This document shows, one piece after another, positions 11,436-21,526 of a stretch of DNA of 64,000 nucleotides. The DNA comes from Thiothrix nivea (GTDB lineage Bacteria; Pseudomonadota; Gammaproteobacteria; Thiotrichales; Thiotrichaceae): assembly GCA_002746895.1 (NCBI GenBank), contig PDRT01000047.1, positions 760-64,759 of the forward strand, given 5' to 3'. The number at the start of each line of letters is the position of its first letter. Within the stretch, counting starts at the first letter, position 1. The translations under genes were made by a program, and so were the position numbers. The notes under the pieces are model-generated. The model did not search any database, was not told where the DNA came from, and was given only the letters and a program-made list of their open reading frames with translations.

Positions 11436-11840
11436 ACAAAACTCAAGCGAATTGATTCTTTTAGTCGGCGAAACTAACTGAATTTATTACCAAACCGGTG
11501 TCCGGAGACTATCCGGGCATTCCCCACTTATACCCCCATTCATCCAGTAGAAAGGTTCATCCAACCTGTTTCCCCGCCACTTTTACACGAATTGTTCCAC
11601 ACTCAAGTCAACGGACTCAGAAGGCAAAACGTTATTGCAGTCTGGGGTTCCGGATTTTCGATTAATAGTTGGCTGTAATTTATATAACGTTAATTTCCAC
11701 GATAAAAAATTGTTATAAAACTGAATGGAACATTAATAAAAAACGTAACTCCAACTTATAGACAGGATGTTTTCGAGGGAACACTCAAGTTTGAAGCTGA
11801 CCGTTCAGCCGAAAAACCTGATCAAATCAAGGAGTGAATA

Positions 11841-12173
11841 ATGAAAATGACATTAAAACTAATGGTGGCAGCTGCGATATTTATGGGTTTCAGCAGCGCC
11901 AGTGCAGCAGCATGGGCAGACAGCAACACCGCCAAGGTAAGGTTGATTGCAACGATTGATAACGGCCCGGCCTTTGAGCCGGTAGAATGGAAAATCTACC
12001 GGGTGAATGATCCGGGTTATAAACCAATCAGAAGCAATCGTCATTCCATTACCTTGCATTCCATAAAACCGGGACGTTATACCGCTGAAGTGCGCAGAGG
12101 CAATAAAACCCGCAAACGGGATTTTTATGTCATGGCTGATACCACTAATCGGGTGCATGTCCCTGTTGATTAA
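11841..12173 (+). CDS. Small exported hypothetical protein (probable beta-sandwich)
   Basis: RBS aaggag, signal peptide with AxA site, beta-strand pattern (EWKIYRV, KPGRYTAEV), own terminator. Confidence 0.75.
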   Translation: MKMTLKLMVAAAIFMGFSSASAAAWADSNTAKVRLIATIDNGPAFEPVEWKIYRVNDPGYKPIRSNRHSITLHSIKPGRYTAEVRRGNKTRKRDFYVMADTTNRVHVPVD

Positions 12174-12214
12174 GTTTAACAGTTAAGGGTATTTTCTAAT
12201 GCAAGATATTTTGT

Positions 12215-12243
12215 AGCCCGCAACCGTAAAGGTTGCGGGCTTT
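12215..12243 (+). terminator. Intrinsic terminator
   Basis: agcccgcaacc-gtaaa-ggttgcgggct followed by tt. Confidence 0.7.
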
Positions 12244-12410
12244 CAGCGTAACTGGCCTATCCCGCCTGACAGCATTTCACCCGGATATCATTGAACAAAG
12301 ACAATCTCCCCCGGTCCATGTATTATAAGTAGACATAACTATGATGAGTGATGAGCTATACGGGCAGATAGTTCATCAGTATCCATAAAATAAAAACCGG
12401 GGACATAATA

Positions 12411-12941
12411 ATGGGCTTTCTAATACAAAATATGGCTGCAACAGTAGTCGGTCTCGGCGCTGGTTTTCTTAGTTATCAATTGACCAATGCAACACCTGTC
12501 ATGGTCGCAACCATCGCGGCTTGTGGTTACATTGGCGGCCACCTGCCGCATATTCAACAGCCGTCCCAACCTTCCTATCGGATTGTACGCGGGGCAAGCT
12601 GGCTGGCAACATTGCTGGTGCCATTGGCAATTTTCCTGTACCGGCCCACAGATTTGTTACCGGCCTGGCTGGTTGCCTTTCTGTTTACCAGCGGGTCATG
12701 GATGATTATCGACCGGTTGTCACTGCGCCGGGATTATACCCGCACGGTTCCGGGTATTGTTATCCTGCCTCTGGCAACAGCAGGTTGTGCCTACCTTGCA
12801 CTGGATGCCGACGTGTTTATTCCGGCCTTTCTGGCCAGCAGTACCGGCTATATCACCTATTTGCTGATTGATCAGCAAAACCAGCGCAACTGGCTGCAGG
12901 CACTGAAAAAACCGACGAGCAATGGCAAGGTTGAACATTGA
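12411..12941 (+). CDS. Inner-membrane protein resembling a degenerate YdjM-like metal-dependent hydrolase
   Basis: Multiple TM helices. GGHLPHI and GYITYLLID sit where YdjM-like GxLLPDxD and GYxSHLxxD motifs would be. Confidence 0.55.
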   Translation: MGFLIQNMAATVVGLGAGFLSYQLTNATPVMVATIAACGYIGGHLPHIQQPSQPSYRIVRGASWLATLLVPLAIFLYRPTDLLPAWLVAFLFTSGSWMIIDRLSLRRDYTRTVPGIVILPLATAGCAYLALDADVFIPAFLASSTGYITYLLIDQQNQRNWLQALKKPTSNGKVEH

Positions 12942-12967
12942 AAGCCGGATGGAACTGAAGTTCTGTG

Positions 12968-13001
12968 AAAAAGCCGGGAGTTATCACAACGGACTCCCGG
13001 C
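12968..13001 (-). terminator. Intrinsic terminator after thioredoxin
   Basis: gccgggagt...actcccggc hairpin with a plus-strand A-run (U-tract on minus). Confidence 0.65.
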
Positions 13002-13030
13002 CTGTACACAATAAAACGGTGAGGGAAGGG

Positions 13031-13396
13031 TTACTGCTGCTCCTGTTTGGCGACTTCTTCATGCACTTTGTCCATATCAACTTCACGCACCTTGCTGATC
13101 ACTTCTTCCAGCTGTTCTTCAGCCAGCATACCGGGCTGGGCAAACAACACTATCTGCTCACGAAAAATCATCAGAGTCGGAATTGAGCGGATCTGGAAAT
13201 GCCCGGCCAGCTCCTGTTCCTGCTCAGTATTCACCTTGGCAAACACAATATCTTCATGCCGCTCTGAAACTTTTTCATAGATTGGCGCAAATGATTTGCA
13301 CGGCCCGCACCATTCGGCCCAGAAATCGACAATGACGATATTATTATTGGTAATAACGTCATTAAATTGTTGCGCACCAATGTCTTGAGTTGCCAT
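13031..13396 (-). CDS. Thioredoxin
   Basis: [22 protein letters not shown] at 13396. Confidence 0.95.
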   Translation of the reverse strand: MATQDIGAQQFNDVITNNNIVIVDFWAEWCGPCKSFAPIYEKVSERHEDIVFAKVNTEQEQELAGHFQIRSIPTLMIFREQIVLFAQPGMLAEEQLEEVISKVREVDMDKVHEEVAKQEQQ

Positions 13397-13480
13397 TTGC
13401 AAGCTCCTGTTCTTTTAATCAATAAAATTGTTTTAACAAGGTATTGTTACCCTGGAAAAATCTGCTGATCCGCGAGGTAT

Positions 13481-14095
13481 TCATTCACATTCATGACCCC
13501 AACGAGGCAACAAGTCATGATCAATCGCCAAATGATCCAGAATACGGGCCACCATGAAATCAATCAGTTCATCTATCGTAGCGGGACGGTGATAAAACCC
13601 CGGATTAGCAGGCAGTATTACACTCCCCATACGCGCCAACTTTAACATATTTTCCAGGTGAATCTCTGAAAAGGGGGTTTCACGCACCACCAGAATCAAT
13701 TTTTTACGCTCTTTCAGCGTAACGTCCGCAGCCCGCTCAATTAAATTCCGGCTACTGCCACAAGCAATCGCGGACAGCGTTCCGGTGGTACATGGACAGA
13801 CCACCATAGCATCCGCGACACTGCTGCCACTGGCAATCGGTGCCATCCATTGTTCACGCTCGAAAAGTTGCAGCTGGCCGTCTGCCGCCTGATACCGTGC
13901 TGCCAGCAACTGTTGTGCATCCTGCATTCTGCCGGGTAATTTCAGGTCAGTTTCGGTATTAATCACTAATAAGGCCGGGCGGGAAATCAGCAAGTAAACC
14001 CGGTGTTTCAGCCTTAGCAACTGTTCCAGTAAACGCAGCCCGTACCCGGCACCGGATGCCCCGGTCATTATCAGGGTGATTGTTTTTTGTTTCAT
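13481..14095 (-). CDS. ubiX: Flavin prenyltransferase UbiX
   Basis: TGASGA, APIASGS, NLIERAADV, RETP, PGFYH. Confidence 0.95.
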   Translation of the reverse strand: MKQKTITLIMTGASGAGYGLRLLEQLLRLKHRVYLLISRPALLVINTETDLKLPGRMQDAQQLLAARYQAADGQLQLFEREQWMAPIASGSSVADAMVVCPCTTGTLSAIACGSSRNLIERAADVTLKERKKLILVVRETPFSEIHLENMLKLARMGSVILPANPGFYHRPATIDELIDFMVARILDHLAIDHDLLPRWGHECE

Positions 14096-15447
14096 GTCCG
14101 CTGAGCCAGAGCCGCCAGTAATTTGTCATGAATACCACCAAAACCACCGTTACTCATCACCAGCACATGATCTCCGGGTAATACATGAGTAACGACTGCC
14201 TCAACCAGTTGTTGAATATCCGTAGCCAACCGCCCTTTTTCCCCTAAAACTGCCACCACTTCAGACAAATGCCAGCTTAATCCTTCAGGCTGATAAAGCC
14301 AGACAACATCGGCCTCAGCCAGTGAACCTGCCAGTTTCGCTTTATGCTCCCCCATACGCATCGTATTTGAACGTGGTTCCAGCAGTGCAATAATACGGCT
14401 GTTACCCACTTTTGCCCGCAAACCCGCCAATGTCATAGCTATCGCCGTCGGATGATGGGCAAAATCATCATAAACGGTAATACCAGCAACCTGTCCGCGT
14501 ACCTGCATTCGCCGTTTCACCCCCTTAAACCCGGCCAATGCCGCAATGGCATGCTTTACCGGAACCCCGGCATGGCGGGCCGCTGCAATGGCGGCCAAGG
14601 CATTATTCACATTATGCTCACCGATGGCTTCCCAGCTCACCACGCCACAATCCTGACCGTCCAGCAAGACCCGGAACTCACTGCCATCCGCCTGCAGATA
14701 CTCTGCTGTCCAGTTGCCACTGGCAAAACTTTCCACCGGCGTCCAGCAACCCATCTGCCGGACATCAGCAAGATTCTGATCCTGACCATTAGCCACCACC
14801 AGCCCGTTACCCGGCACCATACGCATTAAATGATGGAATTGAGTTTTAATCGCCGCCAGATCCGGAAAGATATCAGCATGATCATATTCAAGATTATTCA
14901 GCACCAGCGTACGGGGATGGTAGTGAACAAACTTGGAACGCTTATCAAAAAAAGCCGTATCGTATTCATCGGCTTCAACCACAAAGAAAGGTGACTTACC
15001 CAGACGGGCAGAAACACCGAAATTTTCCGGCACGCCGCCGATCAGAAATCCCGGCTGTAAACCGGCATGTTCCAGTATCCAGGCCAGCATACTGGCTGTC
15101 GTGGTTTTACCGTGCGTCCCCGCCACTGCCAGCACCCAGCGATCCTGCAAAATATTTTCATACAGCCATTGCGGACCGGAGGTATACCGCATATTCCGGT
15201 TCAGCAGACTTTCCACCACCGCCAGCCCCCGGCGCATAACATTACCGACCACGGTAATATCCTGTCCGGCAGACAGCTCTTCAGCCGCATAGCCATCAGT
15301 AATAGTTATACCCTGTTCAGTCAGCAAGGTACTCATTGGCGGATAAATATTTTCATCAGCCCCACTGACGGCAATACCTTTTTCCCGCGCCAGCAATGCG
15401 ATCCCTCCCATGAAGGTGCCACAAATACCCAGAATGTGGATTTTCAT
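14092..15447 (-). CDS. mpl: Murein peptide ligase Mpl
   Basis: [52 protein letters not shown] at 15447. Confidence 0.96.
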   Translation of the reverse strand: MKIHILGICGTFMGGIALLAREKGIAVSGADENIYPPMSTLLTEQGITITDGYAAEELSAGQDITVVGNVMRRGLAVVESLLNRNMRYTSGPQWLYENILQDRWVLAVAGTHGKTTTASMLAWILEHAGLQPGFLIGGVPENFGVSARLGKSPFFVVEADEYDTAFFDKRSKFVHYHPRTLVLNNLEYDHADIFPDLAAIKTQFHHLMRMVPGNGLVVANGQDQNLADVRQMGCWTPVESFASGNWTAEYLQADGSEFRVLLDGQDCGVVSWEAIGEHNVNNALAAIAAARHAGVPVKHAIAALAGFKGVKRRMQVRGQVAGITVYDDFAHHPTAIAMTLAGLRAKVGNSRIIALLEPRSNTMRMGEHKAKLAGSLAEADVVWLYQPEGLSWHLSEVVAVLGEKGRLATDIQQLVEAVVTHVLPGDHVLVMSNGGFGGIHDKLLAALAQRT

Positions 15448-15527
15448 CCGCCTCTCCTTTTCCACAGCCATAGCAAACCCCGGATCAGCACATACCCAAT
15501 CCGATGAAATCCTTTTAATTAACTTTA

Positions 15528-17372
15528 TCAACGCTTACTGTCAGGCAGATGAGCCGCGATAATTTCATTAATCGGCAACGGTTTTGAAATACCGTAGCCC
15601 TGCCCATAGTCAACTCCCATATCACGCAGAATACCAATGATCTGATCATTTTCAACATATTCGGCAATGGTTTTCACAGACATTAGCTGCCCGAACTGAT
15701 TGACAGACTGCACCATAGCACGTCCGAAATCATCGGTTGCAATATCTTTAATAAAACTGCCATCAATTTTCAGGTAATCCACCGGCAGCTCTTTCAGATA
15801 ACCGAAAGAATTTACTCCGGTACCAAAATCATCCAGTGAAAAACTACAGCCCAGCTTTTTCAGTGTATCAATAAACTTACGCGCCAGTTCGAGATTATTA
15901 ATCGCCAGTCGCTCGGTAATTTCAAAACAGAGCATTTCCGGCCTGATATGCTCACGGTGGATAGCATCCTTCACAAAATGTAAAAAGGTCGGATCATCCA
16001 GACTCTGGCCTGATAAATTCACCGCAAAGACACAGTGCTGATTACTATCCAGTTGCTTAAGCAGTGCCAGCAGTTCAGTGACCACCCAACGATCCAGCTT
16101 TGGCATCATGGAATAATATTCTGCCGCCGGAATAAACTCATCCGGTGAAATCGACTTGCCATCACAATCAAAAAGCCGCAATAATACTTCGTAGTGACTA
16201 AAGGGTTTGAGAAATTCCCGTGCTTCCAGCGGGTGAACCGGTTGTGCATACAGCTTGAATTGCCCTGACTCAAAAGCTGTTTTCAGTTTACCAATCCAGG
16301 TCAGCTGCCCACGGTGTTTACGAATCTCAACGTCATCAGGGCGATAAAGGTAGAGGCGGTTCCCCCCCCTTTCTTTTGCCACCCGACAGGTCGCATCAGC
16401 AATGGAGAGTAAGCGATTAGGAGTGCCGGATTTCTTATGAATTGGTACAAAACCAATACTGGCTGTGATTGTATGCACCCGGCCATTCCACTTAAAGGGG
16501 TACTCAGAAAGCGTCTTTCTGATTTTCTCGGCTTTACGCAGAGCCTGCACCGGCTCGGCTTCACGGAGCAGGATGCCGAATTCATCTCCGCCGATACGGG
16601 CCAAGATATCGTGCTCCTTATCAATGGAAGCTTTTAGCAAATCCGCGATTCGTTCAATAAACAAATCCCCGGCATTATGTCCCAGGGTATCATTTACAAC
16701 CTTAAACTGATCCAGCGAAACATGACAAAAAGAGTGTTTCAAACCGCGCTGACAGGCTTCATCCAGCGCAATTTTCAGTTTCAGCTCAAAACTCTTACGA
16801 TTCAACAGCTTGGTCCGCGAATCATTGGTCTGCAGATAATTCAGGTGCGCACGTAAGGCCCGCACTTCCGCCTGATCACGCAACAGCAGCAGAAAGTAAT
16901 TCTGTACATCTTTATTATCATGCTGATTAATAACAATCGGTCTGACCAGATAGCTGACCTCCAGATCCTGCACACCGGAACAGCTCAACAAACACTCACG
17001 GAATAAAATCTGCTGTGATGATTTACCCAGCTCCGGCCAATTAATCGGACTGCTCTTGACCGGGTCAACCAGATGAAACAAATCGCTGTAAAATTTACCA
17101 CGGGCATTCGGCATTTTGTAACGGAACAGTTGTTCAGCGGATGGATTGATAAATTCAACAACGCCCCTTTCATCCACCAACACCGCTGACTCATTGATAT
17201 CCAGCAACGCAGAAACCAGGACATTTTGCTGAAACAGACGGCTTTGCGTTCCGGAACGCCTGCGCCAGAAAATAAATACGGTTAACAGCAGAATTAAAAA
17301 CAGTACAACGGCCAGCAAAGGCCAAGCCGGTAAGCTCATGAACTGCGAACCAAAGCTCAAGTCGGCAGCCAC
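15528..17372 (-). CDS. Membrane-anchored PAS-GGDEF-EAL c-di-GMP signalling protein
   Basis: N-terminal TM helix, PAS-like region, intact GGDEF, YEVLLR and LDDFGTG. Start is GTG 17372 or ATG 17339. Confidence 0.9.
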   Translation of the reverse strand: MAADLSFGSQFMSLPAWPLLAVVLFLILLLTVFIFWRRRSGTQSRLFQQNVLVSALLDINESAVLVDERGVVEFINPSAEQLFRYKMPNARGKFYSDLFHLVDPVKSSPINWPELGKSSQQILFRECLLSCSGVQDLEVSYLVRPIVINQHDNKDVQNYFLLLLRDQAEVRALRAHLNYLQTNDSRTKLLNRKSFELKLKIALDEACQRGLKHSFCHVSLDQFKVVNDTLGHNAGDLFIERIADLLKASIDKEHDILARIGGDEFGILLREAEPVQALRKAEKIRKTLSEYPFKWNGRVHTITASIGFVPIHKKSGTPNRLLSIADATCRVAKERGGNRLYLYRPDDVEIRKHRGQLTWIGKLKTAFESGQFKLYAQPVHPLEAREFLKPFSHYEVLLRLFDCDGKSISPDEFIPAAEYYSMMPKLDRWVVTELLALLKQLDSNQHCVFAVNLSGQSLDDPTFLHFVKDAIHREHIRPEMLCFEITERLAINNLELARKFIDTLKKLGCSFSLDDFGTGVNSFGYLKELPVDYLKIDGSFIKDIATDDFGRAMVQSVNQFGQLMSVKTIAEYVENDQIIGILRDMGVDYGQGYGISKPLPINEIIAAHLPDSKR

Positions 17373-17556
17373 CTAAAAGCCCTCGCTTAACAAATCGTGG
17401 CTGTGGATATGGAGTGCTGCAAACATATTTTATAGGTCTTATTTATTATTTTTATAAAAAGCAAGAGCATAAGACCATCTCCGAACCTTGTACAGTTCCG
17501 GCAGACAAACGAAACCCCGGTTTCGGACAACCCGTCAAAAATTATAGACAAACAAA

Positions 17557-17587
17557 AGCAGCGCAGTTACAAATGTACTACGCTGCT
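17557..17587 (-). terminator. Terminator of the rpsP-rimM-trmD-rplS operon
   Basis: agcagcgcagt...actacgctgct hairpin with an adjacent plus-strand A-run. Confidence 0.6.
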
Positions 17588-17615
17588 GATTTTCCAATCA
17601 AAACCAAATGGAGAC

Positions 17616-17960
17616 TTAAACCTTTTCTTTAATCCGTGCCGCTTTACCGGTACGACCACGCAGATAGTACAGCTTGGCGCGACGCACATCACCACGACGT
17701 TTTACGCTAATACCGGCGATACTGTGGCTATAGGTCTGGAATACCCGCTCAACACCTTCACCATAAGAAATCTTGCGCACCGTAAATGCTGAGTGCAGCC
17801 CGCGATTTTTCTTGGCAATGACGACACCTTCATAAGCCTGAAGACGCTCTTTACCCCCTTCCTTTACACGTACCTGAACGACAACGGTATCACCGGGGGC
17901 AAAATCCGGGATATCCCTAGTCATTTGTTCCTGTTCCAACTGCTGGATAATATTACTCAT
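17616..17960 (-). CDS. rplS: 50S ribosomal protein L19
   Basis: [31 protein letters not shown]. Confidence 0.98.
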   Translation of the reverse strand: MSNIIQQLEQEQMTRDIPDFAPGDTVVVQVRVKEGGKERLQAYEGVVIAKKNRGLHSAFTVRKISYGEGVERVFQTYSHSIAGISVKRRGDVRRAKLYYLRGRTGKAARIKEKV

Positions 17961-18708
17961 GGTCAACCTCTAAAGAAACCTTGTATTCCTGTCTGTATTC
18001 ATCCAGCAAGAACTGATCTGCTGGCTGTAACATTCTGTTTGCTAATAAATCCGGGCGCTTTAACCACGTGATTCCTAACGCCTGCTTTCTGCGCCACCGG
18101 GCGATTGCAGCATGATCACCGCTTTTCAGTACAGCGGGTACGCCCAACCCGGCAACCTCTTCAGGACGTGTGTAGTGCGGGCAATCCAGCAATCCGTCAC
18201 TGAATGAATCCTGCTCGGAGGACTCGCTATGCCCCAAAACACCCGGCAGTAAACGTGAAACACTGTCAATCAGCACCATTGCGCCCAGCTCACCACCACT
18301 GAGGACATAGTCACCAATGGAATATTCAGCATCAACTTCCCGCTGAATCACACGTTCATCAATACCTTCGTAACGCCCACACAGAAGAATTAAACGATCC
18401 TCTGCTGCCAGTTTTTTTACGTCCGGCTGTGATAACCTGCGACCTTGTGGACTGAGATAAATCAGTTTGCCGTTATTGATCAATCTGGCAGCAGCAACTG
18501 CCTGTAACAGACAATCCGCTTTCATCACCATTCCCGGCCCGCCACCATAAGGACGGTCATCCACCGTGCGATGCACATCTGTTGCATAATCACGCGGATT
18601 AATACAGTCCAGCTTAACCAGACCTTTTTCTGCTGCCTTGCGAACTACACCATTCCGGGTGACTGACTTAACCCAGTCCGGGAACAATGTAATAACATCA
18701 AAGCGCAT
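17953..18708 (-). CDS. trmD: tRNA (guanine37-N1)-methyltransferase
   Basis: [35 protein letters not shown]. Confidence 0.98.
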   Translation of the reverse strand: MRFDVITLFPDWVKSVTRNGVVRKAAEKGLVKLDCINPRDYATDVHRTVDDRPYGGGPGMVMKADCLLQAVAAARLINNGKLIYLSPQGRRLSQPDVKKLAAEDRLILLCGRYEGIDERVIQREVDAEYSIGDYVLSGGELGAMVLIDSVSRLLPGVLGHSESSEQDSFSDGLLDCPHYTRPEEVAGLGVPAVLKSGDHAAIARWRRKQALGITWLKRPDLLANRMLQPADQFLLDEYRQEYKVSLEVDHE

Positions 18709-18715
18709 TCATACC

Positions 18716-19228
18716 TCAAAAATCGGGATCCCAGTCCACCTGAACTGTTCCACTGTCCAGATCAACCCGCTTCACTACATCATGCATGACCCAGGGCAAC
18801 CAGCGTTCACGATCACCTTTAACCACCATGACATCATTGGCTCCCGTTTCGAAAAGATGTGATATTTTACCCAGGACCTGATCCGCCGTCGTTACCACAT
18901 CCAGACCGATCAGATCCGACCAGTAAAACTCATCTTCTGTTAACTCCGGCAATGCTTCACGCACCGTACCAATCAATGCTCCCTGTAGAGACAGGGCCTG
19001 TTCACGATCCGTAACACCTTCAATACTGGCAACCAGCCCCTTACCCTGACGCTGACCGGCCAACACTTTTACCGGTTGCCATTGCTGATCACGGAAAAGA
19101 TACCAAGTTTTAAACGACAGGATATTATCCCGCTCAGCGGTATAACTATAGACCTTAACCCAGCCTTTAACACCGAAGACACCACTGATTTTGCCCAGTG
19201 TAATCAGGGTATTTTTTCCAGGCTGCAT
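18716..19228 (-). CDS. rimM: Ribosome maturation factor RimM
   Basis: GKISGVFGVKGW, EFYWSDLIG, ETGANDV, VDWDPDF. Confidence 0.97.
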   Translation of the reverse strand: MQPGKNTLITLGKISGVFGVKGWVKVYSYTAERDNILSFKTWYLFRDQQWQPVKVLAGQRQGKGLVASIEGVTDREQALSLQGALIGTVREALPELTEDEFYWSDLIGLDVVTTADQVLGKISHLFETGANDVMVVKGDRERWLPWVMHDVVKRVDLDSGTVQVDWDPDF

Positions 19229-19244
19229 GTTTTAGCCGGGCTAA

Positions 19245-19502
19245 TCAGGCTGCCGCTTCAGTCTTGGCGGCTTCGCCCAGTAATTTTGCCACACGCTCGC
19301 TGGGCTGAGCCCCTTTGGCCTGCCAGTGTGCAATACGTTCCTGTTCAAGGTGCAGACGGACTTCCTGACCACGGGCCATCGGATTAAAATAGCCGAGACG
19401 CTCAATGTAGCCACTGTCACGTGGTTTACGCTTATCGGTTACCACAATATTGTAGAATGGGCGCTTTTTGGAGCCACCACGTGCCAAACGAATTACTACC
19501 AT
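19245..19502 (-). CDS. rpsP: 30S ribosomal protein S16
   Basis: [25 protein letters not shown]. Confidence 0.98.
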   Translation of the reverse strand: MVVIRLARGGSKKRPFYNIVVTDKRKPRDSGYIERLGYFNPMARGQEVRLHLEQERIAHWQAKGAQPSERVAKLLGEAAKTEAAA

Positions 19503-19632
19503 AAATCAAGAACCTTAAATATATTACTGCGGACACTGAAAACGCCCATGCTTGCAAAATCCATGTACAGCTGTGCTACATGTCCGTTCGATTGCCAGTC
19601 AGCAGATCAGCTCTGCCAAAAGTAAACGCGCA

Positions 19633-19660
19633 ATTCTACGGTTTTTTCAGGAAAAGTGAA
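19633..19660 (-). promoter_or_regulatory. Putative sigma70 promoter of the rpsP operon
   Basis: Minus strand TTCACT-16 nt-TAGAAT followed by a GC-rich discriminator (tgcgcg). Confidence 0.5.
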
Positions 19661-19776
19661 GCGTCATCGGCAAAAATTATTAAATCTCGTCACAAATAAG
19701 CACTTAAAAGCCAAACCCGCCTTCCGGTCAAATGCCCGGAGGCTCATCCTGGCAGAAAAATTATTGGGTTATTTGC

Positions 19777-20844
19777 CTAACGGGATGCCAGCCAACGCTG
19801 GTTTCTACCGGGTAAATAGCGATAATGACCAGTAATCGGCATGGAAAACAGTACATCTTCCATCTTGTCACCATACGCAATGTTATGCACTATCATGTGG
19901 CGGTTCGGATCAACTGGCGAACGCCGGTTTACAACAATACCGATGTGCTCCTGACCACCATTACGTAAATCCCAGGTTACCAGATCACCGGGCCGGTAAT
20001 CCAGCGGATTATTGGTAATCGGTAAACGGCGACCATGACGAGCAAAAAATACTTTCAGGTTATGTACCCGACGATGGTCAATATTCGGATCAGGTGCCGA
20101 CAGCCCCCACTTGGCCAGATTCGGGTAAACATGAAAGGCACGCGACATGTCTTCATGCACCAACTGCTGCAGGTCAATACCCAAGCGGCGATAGGAACGG
20201 ATAATAGTATCCGTACACACACCAATACTGGCAGGTACATCGCCCATCGGATAAGCAATCGGAATATAGCGGCCATCATAACGAACCCGCTGATAAGTTC
20301 TGGCAATGGCAGCCCGGGACAGATGATCAGCCAGATTAACACTTGCCCGACTCGAACGATTGGCCACATAACGATTGGTACGATTCGCACTAACCGGACG
20401 ACGACGGGGTTGCGGGTGCTGATACCCTTGACCATAATCAATCTGTGCCGGATTATTATAATGTGGCAGGCGGACAGCAGTATAAGTTGTACTCTGTTCT
20501 TGTGGCTGCGTATACTGTTGTGGCCGTTGTGGCTGTTTTTGTGAGTTGTAACGATGCCTTTTTTCAGCCTCGCGTCTTGCCATCCATTGCTGGTTATACC
20601 ACATCCGCTTTCTATCGTATTCAATGTGGTGTTTATCTTTCACCGGAGCAGCACTATTGTTATTGATAACAATGACTTCCTGCCTAACCGGAGATTTTTT
20701 ACCCACCGCTCCGGATGCAGCAGCAGATTTATTCTTTACCGCATTATTGCTACAGCCTGATAGTCCGGCTGCCAACAGACCTGAAATTGCCAGAGCGAAT
20801 AGATAACTATTATTTTTGTTGATAGATAAACTTCTCAGCATCAC
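19777..20844 (-). CDS. Lipoprotein with low-complexity linker and C-terminal DUF1287 (YijF-like) domain
   Basis: Lipobox LSGC. YPMGDVP..GVCTD..IRSYR, VHEDM, PNIDHRRVHNL, PGDLVTW, HIGIV. Confidence 0.85.
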   Translation of the reverse strand: MMLRSLSINKNNSYLFALAISGLLAAGLSGCSNNAVKNKSAAASGAVGKKSPVRQEVIVINNNSAAPVKDKHHIEYDRKRMWYNQQWMARREAEKRHRYNSQKQPQRPQQYTQPQEQSTTYTAVRLPHYNNPAQIDYGQGYQHPQPRRRPVSANRTNRYVANRSSRASVNLADHLSRAAIARTYQRVRYDGRYIPIAYPMGDVPASIGVCTDTIIRSYRRLGIDLQQLVHEDMSRAFHVYPNLAKWGLSAPDPNIDHRRVHNLKVFFARHGRRLPITNNPLDYRPGDLVTWDLRNGGQEHIGIVVNRRSPVDPNRHMIVHNIAYGDKMEDVLFSMPITGHYRYLPGRNQRWLASR

Positions 20845-20993
20845 TTACCCCACACACGTTTAGCAAAGACTGATATCTGCCAAACCAGTACCAGCGGAAT
20901 TAAATGTAGCATTATTTCCAATAAAAACAATAAATATTGTTTATAGATGTCAATAAAAGACAAAACTCCGCTGATACCTGGTCAAGTGACTCC

Positions 20994-21368
20994 TTAACGC
21001 TGATAGTGCTGCCGCAAGTCCTGATTAATCGGAATCGCTCCACGGTAATTACCCTTGGCTTTTACTGGCGGTACATAAACCGGTCTTGAAGTCGGCATTA
21101 CTGGTGCCGGTTTTGGCTTAACAACCGGAGCAGGTTGTGGTTTTACCACCGGGGCAGGCAGAGGTGCAGGCTGAATTATTTTATCCGGATAAGGTTCTGG
21201 CGCAGGAATCACGGCTACCGGATCCGGAGTTTGAACAACCGGTGGAGTCACATCAATCGGCTCCGGTGATACTTGTGCCACTTGCTGGTGGCTACAGGCC
21301 GACACCATGATAGACGCGATAATAATCGCCATGCCACTTTTTATATTTCGCTTCATTTTAAAGTCCAC
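20994..21368 (-). CDS. Pro-rich lipoprotein A (KAKG-YRG C-terminal motif family)
   Basis: Lipobox VSAC, then SHQQVAQ, PAPVVKP repeats, C-terminal VKAKGNYRGAIPIN. Confidence 0.8.
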   Translation of the reverse strand: MDFKMKRNIKSGMAIIIASIMVSACSHQQVAQVSPEPIDVTPPVVQTPDPVAVIPAPEPYPDKIIQPAPLPAPVVKPQPAPVVKPKPAPVMPTSRPVYVPPVKAKGNYRGAIPINQDLRQHYQR

Positions 21369-21468
21369 TTTATTATAGTCATTATTGGAATTTATCGAGA
21401 CTTTAGGCTAGCAGCTTTCCTCTAACCCCGGCTGAACAAACCGATCAGTGCAAAGTGAACAGAGATAA

Positions 21469-21502
21469 AGAGACCGGCATCATCCAAATGATACCGGTCT
21501 CT
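21469..21502 (-). terminator. Intrinsic terminator after lipoprotein B
   Basis: agagaccggcatcat-ccaa-atgataccggtctct: a 15-bp stem with one G-U pair on the minus strand. Confidence 0.7.
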
Positions 21503-21526
21503 GTTGATTTCAGTGATTACAGAAGA

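Noticed and set aside
13170-13195. IPTL in thioredoxin as an exosortase H sorting signal
   Set aside because: It is the standard thioredoxin cis-Pro motif (SIPTL), internal, with no TM or basic tail.
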